IMG/VR virus record: IMGVR_UViG_3300037400_001617
From: a virus
Lineage: Duplodnaviria > Caudoviricetes
DNA length: 64,000 nt
Direction: 5' to 3' (one strand)
Shown: positions 25,036-34,612 of the stretch, one piece after another
Numbering within the stretch: the first letter of the stretch is position 1
How the letters are laid out: each line of letters starts with the position of its first letter
Translations under genes and position numbers: made by a program
The notes under the pieces: generated by a model
What the model saw: the letters and a program-made list of their open reading frames with translations, nothing else
Database searches by the model: none
Told to the model about the DNA's origin: nothing

Positions 25036-26292
25036 ATGGCTGATAGCATGTTTACCAATAACAATGTGCCTGGTCCTAACTCTGATCCGAATTGGACCAA
25101 TTCCCAGAGAATGAACAATAGTGGATATGATTCCGAAAAGGTCGAAGCTAGTACCGAGAGTAGTATTGCAAAAGCTGCTAATGATACTATGCTTAGTCGA
25201 GATAGAATGTGGAATGAGACTCTTAGGAATAGATCTAATGCCATTCCATTCGACCCCAATTCATTTGATATCGATGAATCTACTATGAAGAGTATTTTGC
25301 ACTCCGCAAATATAAAGTCTCCAGAAGAGTTGAACAGACTCAGATTCAACAGCTTTGCTAGATATGGTATGCTAGATATAGCTCATAACCATACTGGTTC
25401 TAGAGAGTATCTATTCTTTACCAAACCAGATCTTCATATCTTTAGCACTAACGGTTTTGAACTCAACAAACAGCTCAAAGACGTTACCTTCTTCAGGAAC
25501 GCTATAGAACAATATCCTATGAGTCTGCTATCTTTACAACAGACATTGAAGAGAGGTAGTAGTTTATACCCTCACAACTTTGATCCAGCAATGAAGTTTA
25601 TACCTCTTCTTTCAAACCATGTGACAAGTTCTCTCGACCTTCCAGCAATATCTGCTACAGAGACAGAGAACAACACTTCACTTTTTCAAGTGAAGACAAC
25701 CTACAGAGACAGCTCAGAACAATCTGATTTCGGATTCGACTTCTCTCTTGAGTTCTGGGATACCAGATATCTTGATGTGTACATGTTGTTTAAGGCTTAT
25801 GACGAGTACTGTAGACAAGAGTTCTACAGGAACGTTACACCGCCTAAACTTTCATATATTACAGATAGAGTAAACTGCAAGCAGTTCTCGATCTATAAGA
25901 TTATCGTAGATGAAACCAATACGATCATGTTCTACGGTAAGGCTACTGGTGTTTATCCTATGGGTGTACCAAGAGAAGCTATGAGTAACTTTGATGGTAC
26001 TATCAAGATTACAGTTCCGATGAAAGCTCAATTCGTTTCTGATATGGATCCGATCATACTCGACGAATTGAATCGGATATCAAGAATGACATACTTCGAT
26101 GGTACTGATAACGATAGTATTGGATCTATGACTACTGGATTTATGCCATTATACAGTAAAGCCAATGGATCTGCTGATACTAGATGGGGTGCATTACCAT
26201 ACGTCGCAAAAGCAGGCGCCTTTAGAAAGGGAGCCCCTGACCAAGAACAGCTCTATAGACTTATGTGGGTCTATAGATCTACCAATGCTTAA
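25036..26292 (+). CDS. Virion structural protein (tail-tube-fold/baseplate, phiKZ-like)
   Basis: YLFFTKPDL; LLSNHVTSSLDLP; ATGVYPMGVP (tube-protein-like); precedes wedge gene. Confidence 0.55.
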   Translation: MADSMFTNNNVPGPNSDPNWTNSQRMNNSGYDSEKVEASTESSIAKAANDTMLSRDRMWNETLRNRSNAIPFDPNSFDIDESTMKSILHSANIKSPEELNRLRFNSFARYGMLDIAHNHTGSREYLFFTKPDLHIFSTNGFELNKQLKDVTFFRNAIEQYPMSLLSLQQTLKRGSSLYPHNFDPAMKFIPLLSNHVTSSLDLPAISATETENNTSLFQVKTTYRDSSEQSDFGFDFSLEFWDTRYLDVYMLFKAYDEYCRQEFYRNVTPPKLSYITDRVNCKQFSIYKIIVDETNTIMFYGKATGVYPMGVPREAMSNFDGTIKITVPMKAQFVSDMDPIILDELNRISRMTYFDGTDNDSIGSMTTGFMPLYSKANGSADTRWGALPYVAKAGAFRKGAPDQEQLYRLMWVYRSTNA

Positions 26293-26312
26293 TACTAGAA
26301 AGGAGGACACTT

Positions 26313-29300
26313 ATGTCAGTTACAATACCAGTACAGAATACCACTGATAAGATTCTTAACTCTGATATCTACGACCTTACGGCGTTTGTAGATGATATCA
26401 AAAAGACAGTTATCGATGGTGTTGACAATCCAACAGAAACCTTACAGGTTGGTATGTATGGTTATCTTGGATATGAGTTTGCATCTCTGCTTCAGAACTC
26501 TATAGTTGTAGCATCTGAGCTGGCAAACGAAGCTATCCCTACAAGAGCCAAGTTTGATAGAAACGTTATCACACATGCTTTATCTCTTGGTATCAAGAAG
26601 GTACAAGCTACGGCTGCTTCTATGAAAGTAATGCTCATATTCCCCGAGAAAGCTCTCATCAACAATATGGTCAATGACAAGTTTGTTCTGAAAGCTTCTA
26701 CACCTATATACTTTGATGACATCGAGTTTCATACAGACTATGATATAGTCATCAACAAAACTAAACTTGACTCATCGACTATGGGTAGCAGAACTATGGA
26801 CTATGTCTATACTGCTGTGTATGATATGAGTATCATGAATACCGAGTCTCCTATAGACAATGCGTATCTTCCTCCGATAGGAGTTTATGCTGGTGAGACC
26901 GATAATATGATAGTGGTAACTACCACTATCCATCAGGTTGAGTATCATACTATAGAGAACAAGATAGTCGGAAACGATAATCTTGCTAACAAGACTCTTA
27001 ACTTCACATTCGAGAATCAGCTTAGTCACTTTACAGTGACAGTGTATGAGAACAACAACGATACTCCTATCAATCTTGTTCCATATTATGATGGACTTTA
27101 CCACAACCCATACACTTCAAGAAAATACGATGAATCCAGAGCTCTTCTGAACGACCTCATTATACAGAGTCATACAGGAGTTACTGGAACAACAGCAGTG
27201 GTTGAAGAGAAGTATTGTTATTATCAATACATTAACTCTAACACTATTCGTATAAGGTTTGATCCTGAGTCGTACCAGCCTAGAACGAATGCTAACGTTG
27301 TAATTACAGTATGGACTTCTCAAGGAGCCGCAGGAAACTTCAATTACGAAGATGATATCACTGTTCGTCTCTCTTCAGATAACTATACTAATCTCTTCAT
27401 GACAGTTAAACAGCGTGGAGATGAAGGTTCTTATGGAGGTATCGATCGTAAGAGTGTGCCAGAACTCCAGAAGATTATTCCTAAGGAAGCTCTCAGTAGA
27501 GGTAGTGTAACAACTGTTACTGACCTTAAGAACTACTTCAATTCTATCAATAGTGAAGATTCAGTTCTCCACATCTTCAGAAAGGAAGACAACACACTCA
27601 GACGAATCTATTACACTTACCAGTTGATGAAGGATGAGTTGAATAACGTTATCCCGACAAACACTATACCGATATATGAATCTCTCCCTCCAATGCATAC
27701 CGACGAAACAGTTGGTGATATGTATGTAGAAGCTGGAGATCCTATCTACTTCTATAAGAATCAGCACATGCCAATTTCGTATATGAAGAAGAACTTCGTC
27801 GGTTATAGTGATTCTGAAGAAGCTATAAGTTCTACTTCTGTACAAGTTATAGGAAGAATCAGAGAACAGAATATACCGAGCACATGGGGTAGCAGTACTG
27901 GATACAGTGACGGAATCAGAGCCACAGCAATAAATGAATTCAGACAAGAAGCAATTGTATATGACAATAACTTCACCGAGTTCGTTAAGGATAATCTCAG
28001 TGTATACTACCCAGACGTATACCCATTCGAACCAGGTCAAGTGATAAGGTTCTCTGTATCTGCTATATATGGCGAGACAAATAACTTTGCTCAGAAGGAA
28101 AGTTATGAGGGTAGTGTAATATCTTACGGATACTACGGTGATAGTGACGAAGATACCAATATAAATTACAAGCCATCAGACTGGACCGACCCAAATCAGT
28201 ACGCATGGCTTAAACTTGTTGTACGTGCTAAGAACGACAATGGTGAATTGGAGAATGTCATGTTTGTAATCCCATACAGTTACACTTGGAACTATCCAGT
28301 TGTAAGAACAGCTACATTCATCATTGAAGCTTATGAGACATACTCCTACAATGCTAAATACAATCCTATGTATTCTAAAGACATAGTACAGGGTAGCCAT
28401 ATCAGATTCTGTGTATACAATGGAAACGATATATACAGCTCTTTGGCTGATACAAACAATTGGTATGTAGGTGAAGTAGTAGGAGTATCGAGATCATATA
28501 CTAATGGATCTGGTTCTATATCAAGTATAACTGTCCTCTATCTTAAACCTATGGACGACATAGATGAATCCAATCTTAGCTTCATGCAGCATACATTCAA
28601 CTTCCCGCCTCCATCCGCAGGACAGTCTCATGGTAGACCGCTCGATACTAACGACATCATTGCTATACAGATTCTTACAGACTTCGTGTACACATCTCCT
28701 ATGAATATACTTCTTAGAGACAGTTCAGTAGCTGGAAGTCATAGAGTAGATGCTTCATTCTATCTCGATATGATAAACGAGACTCGCTATCTTGACTATA
28801 CTCATATCAATACACGTTCACCATTCCAATATATCGCATCGTTTACAAAGGTTGTAAGACCTTCATGGATCTCTTATGACCGTTATAGATATACTATCGA
28901 TATCGATGTCACCCCGAATATCGGTGGAGATATAACTGAAGAGATATACAATCGTACTCAAGTGATCGCTGTATACTACAGAGACAATGACATGAAGACT
29001 CCTATCTGTTGGTCGATAGGTGAAAGAGTATCATCTAGTGGATCTGTAGATACATATAGATTCTATCTTTACACCAAACCTTTCAAGGAAAGAACCAGCG
29101 AAACTGATCATATAGTAATCGATCAAGATGATCGTCTCTATATAGGACAGCAGAATCCTTATCTGATTCCTCTTACAGAAAAGAGAGACCAGAAACAGGC
29201 CGAATATGATGCTGAACCTGAAGGAACTCCTAGAAAGAGTGAACTTGCTGCTGAGCTTGCTCTGGCAAATAAAGAACTTTATAGATGTATCAACTTTGGA

Positions 29301-30302
29301 TACAGACCGCATACGGCTGATGTCATAGATGAACTCGGTATTCGTATGGATCTTAATACTCATATGAGAATCTATACACTCTATAAGTATTCTGGTTACA
29401 CTCCTCATGATGGTAATCCTGGTAAACTTATGGACGAACTCACTCAGAGTTACTTCTATGGTACTGGACTTGATGAAAGTATAGTTTCTATAGTAGGAAC
29501 TCCTCTTAAGGATATCATTCCTCCCGATTTCGAATTCTATCAGAATAAGGGTGAGAGTGACCCAGTAGAGACATATGCTATGCAAGACTTAGTTCTTACA
29601 AACGTGTATGACAGTAGTGACGGTATAAACCTTCTCCATAACTATTCTAATCTTATGAACTCATACGTTCACATGGTAGACCTTGGAGAAGACATCTATG
29701 ATGAGTCTGCAGATAACAAGAAGCACAACTACGGCTATATCATCAATAGAGTTCCCTGTATCAGATACTTCTATCTCAACGAAGAGTATAAGATCAGAGA
29801 CTTCATCAGAGAGATGAAGAGAAAGATACTTTATGTGCTTGATGCTATAGAGCCTTTAGAGACTACATTCGGTCTTGACTACAAGTTCTTCAATACTTAT
29901 GGTCCAAGCAATATGTACTACACTACCGAGGGCGGTATAAGATCTGAAGAGTCTATCGATAACGTTGCACTCTCACTCACATTTAGAACTAAGTTCTATA
30001 ATGAGGACAACGATGCTGCTACAATCATTCCTCAGATCAAAGACACTATCAAGACTTACATTGAGAATATCGAAGAGCTTAACGATATTCACTTCCCGAA
30101 CCTTACTACAGAGATTGAGTCTAAGTTCTCTCAGTACATCGTGTTCTTCGAGTATGTAGGTTTCAACAAGTACAATGCTACAATGCAGCATATCATTACG
30201 GATGAGAACATGGAAATGCTCAATGTAGTTCCAGAGTTCCTTAATGTCAATACTGACGATAGCACTGGTACTTCATTCATCAGTATCGAGATAGTTTCGT
30301 AA
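26313..30302 (+). CDS. Baseplate wedge protein (T4 gp6/baseplate-J-like) with insertions
   Basis: N-terminal NEAIPTRAKFDRNVITHA; TSQGAAGN; GGIDRKS...RGSVTTVTDLKNYF (gp6/J 'RAVT..DY'-like). Confidence 0.7.
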   Translation: MSVTIPVQNTTDKILNSDIYDLTAFVDDIKKTVIDGVDNPTETLQVGMYGYLGYEFASLLQNSIVVASELANEAIPTRAKFDRNVITHALSLGIKKVQATAASMKVMLIFPEKALINNMVNDKFVLKASTPIYFDDIEFHTDYDIVINKTKLDSSTMGSRTMDYVYTAVYDMSIMNTESPIDNAYLPPIGVYAGETDNMIVVTTTIHQVEYHTIENKIVGNDNLANKTLNFTFENQLSHFTVTVYENNNDTPINLVPYYDGLYHNPYTSRKYDESRALLNDLIIQSHTGVTGTTAVVEEKYCYYQYINSNTIRIRFDPESYQPRTNANVVITVWTSQGAAGNFNYEDDITVRLSSDNYTNLFMTVKQRGDEGSYGGIDRKSVPELQKIIPKEALSRGSVTTVTDLKNYFNSINSEDSVLHIFRKEDNTLRRIYYTYQLMKDELNNVIPTNTIPIYESLPPMHTDETVGDMYVEAGDPIYFYKNQHMPISYMKKNFVGYSDSEEAISSTSVQVIGRIREQNIPSTWGSSTGYSDGIRATAINEFRQEAIVYDNNFTEFVKDNLSVYYPDVYPFEPGQVIRFSVSAIYGETNNFAQKESYEGSVISYGYYGDSDEDTNINYKPSDWTDPNQYAWLKLVVRAKNDNGELENVMFVIPYSYTWNYPVVRTATFIIEAYETYSYNAKYNPMYSKDIVQGSHIRFCVYNGNDIYSSLADTNNWYVGEVVGVSRSYTNGSGSISSITVLYLKPMDDIDESNLSFMQHTFNFPPPSAGQSHGRPLDTNDIIAIQILTDFVYTSPMNILLRDSSVAGSHRVDASFYLDMINETRYLDYTHINTRSPFQYIASFTKVVRPSWISYDRYRYTIDIDVTPNIGGDITEEIYNRTQVIAVYYRDNDMKTPICWSIGERVSSSGSVDTYRFYLYTKPFKERTSETDHIVIDQDDRLYIGQQNPYLIPLTEKRDQKQAEYDAEPEGTPRKSELAAELALANKELYRCINFGYRPHTADVIDELGIRMDLNTHMRIYTLYKYSGYTPHDGNPGKLMDELTQSYFYGTGLDESIVSIVGTPLKDIIPPDFEFYQNKGESDPVETYAMQDLVLTNVYDSSDGINLLHNYSNLMNSYVHMVDLGEDIYDESADNKKHNYGYIINRVPCIRYFYLNEEYKIRDFIREMKRKILYVLDAIEPLETTFGLDYKFFNTYGPSNMYYTTEGGIRSEESIDNVALSLTFRTKFYNEDNDAATIIPQIKDTIKTYIENIEELNDIHFPNLTTEIESKFSQYIVFFEYVGFNKYNATMQHIITDENMEMLNVVPEFLNVNTDDSTGTSFISIEIVS

Positions 30303-30304
30303 TG

Positions 30305-30316
30305 AACTTTATAATA
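30305..30316 (+). promoter_or_regulatory. Late-type promoter variant AACT-TTATAA-TA
   Basis: Upstream of RBS of ORF 30346. Confidence 0.5.
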
Positions 30317-30345
30317 AAACTATACCTAGAAGGAGGTAATCTCTA

Positions 30346-31269
30346 ATGAACTATAAAGAAGTCCAGGAAGCTTTAGCATATAAGGAAAGAGCCATTAAGG
30401 AAGCAGCTATACCTGCTAACAGAGCTAAGGCTAGAGCTATTGCTGAACAGTCTGACAGAGAAGACTACTATGCTCATCTCTACGCAAACGACAATGCAGC
30501 GACAGCATACAGCAAATTCAAGCAGGAAGTTACAGATACTCTCGTAGCAGAAACTGTATACTGCCTCGCAGCAAGCTGTACAGATTCAATGATACTCGAG
30601 AATGGCTACAATAAGAGTCTTCTCAGAGTACTCGCTACAAACTTCGTCAATGAGAATGGTTCTCAGAACCTTATCAGAAAGTGGAAGAGTACTTCATACA
30701 TCATGAGTGAGCTCGCTTACATCATCCAGAACAATATCGATTCTATCTGTGAAAAGGCTGATCCCAAGAATCAGACTACACTGAAGATCAAGGATGATCA
30801 GAAGAAGAAGTTCTTCAAGGACATTGACAAAGTCAATGCTGACTCTGCTATCTCTGCAATCAGAACTAAGGTTAAGAGTGCTACGGCAGAGTTCATTGAC
30901 TCTAACAATGCTGCTAAGGACCAGATCAAGTCTATCCTCGACTCTACTAAGAAGAAGATCGAGAAGAATGATAAGAATGAAAACCTTAAGGAAGCTTATG
31001 CTGCTCAGGCTAAAAGAAAGATCACAGATATCAGAGCTGGTAAGACTAAGGGTGTTTTCGAAGCTATGGTATACTCTGTATCAGAGTCTGCATTCAAGAA
31101 TGAAGATGCTAAGAAGATCTTCATCGAGGATGCTAACCTGAATATGGATGCAGTAGTTGAGCACTGCGAGGTTATGTATACATTCCTCGAGACTCTCAAC
31201 ACACTGAAACTCATCAAGATTGATGAGGCTTATATCGAGAAGCTTATATCAGATCTTAAAAAGGGATAA
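30346..31269 (+). CDS. Helical putative prohead core/virion protein
   Basis: AAGGAGG RBS; several hydrophobic-x-E sites (IKEA, ILEN, VNEN, LKEA). Confidence 0.6.
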   Translation: MNYKEVQEALAYKERAIKEAAIPANRAKARAIAEQSDREDYYAHLYANDNAATAYSKFKQEVTDTLVAETVYCLAASCTDSMILENGYNKSLLRVLATNFVNENGSQNLIRKWKSTSYIMSELAYIIQNNIDSICEKADPKNQTTLKIKDDQKKKFFKDIDKVNADSAISAIRTKVKSATAEFIDSNNAAKDQIKSILDSTKKKIEKNDKNENLKEAYAAQAKRKITDIRAGKTKGVFEAMVYSVSESAFKNEDAKKIFIEDANLNMDAVVEHCEVMYTFLETLNTLKLIKIDEAYIEKLISDLKKG

Positions 31270-31273
31270 TAAG

Positions 31274-31299
31274 AGTGGGTAGGGAAATCCCTACCCACT
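31274..31299. terminator. Hairpin between convergent genes AGTGGGTAGGGA/TCCCTACCCACT
   Basis: Perfect inverted repeat. Confidence 0.8.
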
Positions 31300-31302
31300 T
31301 CC

Positions 31303-31662
31303 TTATAGCTTTATGTATACTGTGTTAGCGATCTGTATAGCTATAGCGAAGAGATTGTTCTTCAATTCCTTGAAGTCCTCATACTCTTCGTTAGTGATAT
31401 CATTGTTTATGTGCATCCTCTCGATAGCATCGACTATACATTCTTTAACCGTCTCTGTAGTAGATGGCATATCGAGTCTATCCTCACACTTAAATGTATA
31501 AGAACCAGTGCTGTTGTCTTTGGTTATGGCTGCGTTAAAGCGGTTGCTGAGAGCATCAGAGAAGTCTTTACTACACTTCTCGTTACAGTATAACTTGTCC
31601 CAGAGATGTACTCTAGCAAAAGTCATCTTATCTATATCTTCTACTAATCTCTTATCATACAT
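31303..31662 (-). CDS. Hypothetical protein
   Basis: Overlaps rusA stop; GGAAGGA RBS. Confidence 0.7.
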   Translation of the reverse strand: MYDKRLVEDIDKMTFARVHLWDKLYCNEKCSKDFSDALSNRFNAAITKDNSTGSYTFKCEDRLDMPSTTETVKECIVDAIERMHINNDITNEEYEDFKELKNNLFAIAIQIANTVYIKL

Positions 31663-32356
31663 AAGTCAAATTCATTCCTTCCGTAAAGTCCTTACGAGCA
31701 GTGATGCTCTTGTATTGGTGTTTATTGAATACCGCATTCATGTAGAGGAGGTCTATCTCTACTCTTGGAAGTATGGAATAGTACTTTTCGACTACTCCTC
31801 TTATAGTGAGCATGTCGTCGATCCATACATTCGCATTATACATGTCTGCGTATAACTTTGCTATGTTGTCGAAGTCTGGCTTGTATATATGTCTATCAAG
31901 ACCTATCTCAGCAATAAACTTCTCTACTCTGTTATAGTAGCTTGGGGTTGGGAAATAAGCTCTATACGTCACATCGCATGGTGTGCAGATGATCTGATTG
32001 AGCTCATCTAGCTCTCCTGAATCTACTACTCTTCTCATGTATGCATTATTCTGAGCTGCTCCAGGAGAGTAAACATGAATAAAGTCAGAGCTCTTAGCGA
32101 ACTCTGTGATGTTAGATCTATTGATAAGTCTATATCTAGGACGCTTAGCACCTTCTGGTACCATATATAATACAAATGATATTCGATTGTAATACAGATT
32201 CTCCATTCGCCTAGCCTTCTCAGAAAGAATCTGTTTAGCAAGTTGATCATCTATTTTGTAGTGTTCATACATCCACTCTAATCTTTCTCTGTAATCGAGC
32301 GGAATGTCGCCATATTTAGCGTTGTACTGCTTCTGCATTTGCTTGAAAGAAGCCAC
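31655..32356 (-). CDS. rusA: RusA-family Holliday junction resolvase
   Basis: KPDFDNIAKLYADMYNANVWIDD catalytic motif; KRPR; GTG start. Confidence 0.85.
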   Translation of the reverse strand: MASFKQMQKQYNAKYGDIPLDYRERLEWMYEHYKIDDQLAKQILSEKARRMENLYYNRISFVLYMVPEGAKRPRYRLINRSNITEFAKSSDFIHVYSPGAAQNNAYMRRVVDSGELDELNQIICTPCDVTYRAYFPTPSYYNRVEKFIAEIGLDRHIYKPDFDNIAKLYADMYNANVWIDDMLTIRGVVEKYYSILPRVEIDLLYMNAVFNKHQYKSITARKDFTEGMNLTYV

Positions 32357-32378
32357 ACTTTCACCACCTTTATAATGT

Positions 32379-32410
32379 AGAGTAAGGTGTTTCCACCTTA
32401 CTCTATTGTT
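32379..32410 (-). promoter_or_regulatory. Late promoter AACA-ATAGAG-TA (32399-32410) overlapping hairpin AGAGTAAGGTG/CACCTTACTCT
   Basis: Motif and inverted repeat seen directly. Confidence 0.55.
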
Positions 32411-32430
32411 TTGGACGTAGTTAGATCTGA

Positions 32431-34527
32431 TTAGAGCATTGAGTATATACTAGAGATTCTGCTTGTTATTTTCTGAGTCATACCAGAAGTAAGATTGAAT
32501 GGAATATCTACCCACTTGCTAGTAATATTGAGTGTAGCATACAGCTTAACAAGTCTTGTCAGTTCTGGTTCGTTGATATTGATACCACAGAGACTACAGA
32601 GATAGTCAAGCTCCTGAATATTCTCAAGAGTATTACTCTTGGCAAGTGTGATCGGTGACATCGATATTGATGAATAGAGATCCTGGATGGTGAATGATAC
32701 GTCTACTACTGTAGGAAGACCATCTTTAGTCCATCCTCCCTCTTTACCCTTATTGATAGTCATCTCAGTGATGATACCCATATCGATATTGAACGATCCC
32801 TTATAGAAAGCCTTTACAAGGAAAGGAGCAGAGTATCCATTATGGTATTCACCTCTAGGCATAACGAGTCCTATAAGATGACATAAAGGAACATAGATAT
32901 TTAACCACCAGGACTTAACGTCATAGTACGGTGTAGTAAGCTTGATGTTTATCTGGTAGCTCTTATTGTAAGAAGCATTAGACCAGATATTAGGGAACTG
33001 AAGTCTACCACCAGTAGCTACAGTCTTCAATGAACCAAGTAAACTGGAGAAGATATTACCATTTCCAGCAAGCTTAGAAGTGAAATCATCTATAGCCTTA
33101 CGGGAGTTAGCAAATACATCTCCTAGAGCATCAAAGTCTTCTGCTATCATAGATGATGTAGTACCCATAAGGAACTGCATCTCTCTTGCAGCATCAGAGA
33201 ATCCGTTGATCTTCGATGCAAGAGATGATTCAGTAGTCTCGTTAGAGAAGTTATCTGAATATTGAGACTCAGATGTGATATAGAACGGGATAACCTGTCT
33301 ATAGTATATCCATGACAGAGTATCTTGTGCCCATTCTACAACCTTTTCGAATGCTGAGTTAGTCTCATTGTCTCCCTTAAATGAATCGTCTTCTCCACTA
33401 TTATCAGCCCAGGCCCAGTTATAGTCTGAACAGGTACGACCATCAAGCATTCTGTATTCATTATACTCTGCTTCTGTGTCGAAGTCATCCGCTATAGCTC
33501 TTTTATCCTGACCAGTAGCAACGTGATCAAGTCCTAAAAGAACTGCACCTATTCTACACATAGGATTGACATACTGGAAATACTCGTTATATGCTGGCTG
33601 TATAGAGTACAGCTTACCAGAGTATCCATCCAAAAGGTCATTCAGATTACCGTCGTTGCCGCCAAACATGTGGTCGATGATGTTAGAGATAGCACCCTGT
33701 CTTTCAGAAGATGTACTATCAGCAAGGAATCTTGAGTTTCCTGGAGTAAGGTATAGAAGTGGCATTCTCGATGCTATCTTCTCAGCATAAGTAATACCGA
33801 ATATCTCATCTTCTCCAGCAGAGTTAAGATTGCTGTTTTGAATTCTCATATCTGCAGTGGGAAGAAACTGATACGGCAGACCGAATATGAATCTTAACTT
33901 CTTAAGATCATTCATATTGCTTACGGCATTACTATAAGCTTCAGCAGTCGAAGTAGCATCTGTAATCCAGTAATCTTCTACAGCATATGCTTCTATTCTG
34001 GCTACAGCATCCTCGCCTTCTGCTCCTTCTTCAGATTCTGAATCGTTTTTAAGGTCTTCCATTTTAGAAGACCATTCTGATATATTCTGGATTCTGTTCA
34101 GATCTGCCCTACCGTTCTTTACAAACTTTGGGGTAGCGACAAGATCTCTTCCAGCGTCATGCTCTTCATAGTCGTCTACTTTTGTCTTCTTGATATAACT
34201 CTTATTATCGTTACCTGTGTAAAGTTTAGCAACTCCGCTATCGTCTGTTCCTATCTCGATCCAAACATAATGAGACCCTTCCCAGTTATTGCCGACATTA
34301 TCTGCAGGGAGTAACACGGATATATAGTGTTTGCCGTCTACAGCCTTATAAGCAGTGCTTTGAACCTTGACAGGTCCTTTCACGCTACCCAGTAACGAAT
34401 CAGGTATTTTAGCAACGTCTCCGTAAACAGGTATTGATGAGGAATCTATTACTATCCAAGCACCATACTGTACGTTAGTTAACATAGATATCGTGTCTTT
34501 ATAATCTACATATGATGAATTCGCCAT
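32431..34527 (-). CDS. Virion structural (baseplate/tail) protein, phiKZ-like
   Basis: Late promoter; follows tape-measure gene; FPNIWSNASY...PFLVKAF...GIITEMTINKG...LPTVVDVSFTIQDL tube/hub-like C-terminal domain. Confidence 0.65.
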   Translation of the reverse strand: MANSSYVDYKDTISMLTNVQYGAWIVIDSSSIPVYGDVAKIPDSLLGSVKGPVKVQSTAYKAVDGKHYISVLLPADNVGNNWEGSHYVWIEIGTDDSGVAKLYTGNDNKSYIKKTKVDDYEEHDAGRDLVATPKFVKNGRADLNRIQNISEWSSKMEDLKNDSESEEGAEGEDAVARIEAYAVEDYWITDATSTAEAYSNAVSNMNDLKKLRFIFGLPYQFLPTADMRIQNSNLNSAGEDEIFGITYAEKIASRMPLLYLTPGNSRFLADSTSSERQGAISNIIDHMFGGNDGNLNDLLDGYSGKLYSIQPAYNEYFQYVNPMCRIGAVLLGLDHVATGQDKRAIADDFDTEAEYNEYRMLDGRTCSDYNWAWADNSGEDDSFKGDNETNSAFEKVVEWAQDTLSWIYYRQVIPFYITSESQYSDNFSNETTESSLASKINGFSDAAREMQFLMGTTSSMIAEDFDALGDVFANSRKAIDDFTSKLAGNGNIFSSLLGSLKTVATGGRLQFPNIWSNASYNKSYQINIKLTTPYYDVKSWWLNIYVPLCHLIGLVMPRGEYHNGYSAPFLVKAFYKGSFNIDMGIITEMTINKGKEGGWTKDGLPTVVDVSFTIQDLYSSISMSPITLAKSNTLENIQELDYLCSLCGININEPELTRLVKLYATLNITSKWVDIPFNLTSGMTQKITSRISSIYSML

Positions 34528-34552
34528 AACGTGTACCTCCTTTAGTCATTAT

Positions 34553-34564
34553 TATAGAAATGTT
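34553..34564 (-). promoter_or_regulatory. Late promoter AACA-TTTCTA-TA
   Basis: Consensus match after terminator. Confidence 0.72.
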
Positions 34565-34572
34565 CCAGAGAC

Positions 34573-34605
34573 AAAAAGAGCCAGTAGAGGTTTCCCTCTA
34601 CTGGC
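34573..34605 (-). terminator. Terminator GCCAGTAGAGG/CCTCTACTGGC + T tract
   Basis: 11-bp stem after tape-measure stop. Confidence 0.85.
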
Positions 34606-34612
34606 GTTCTTG

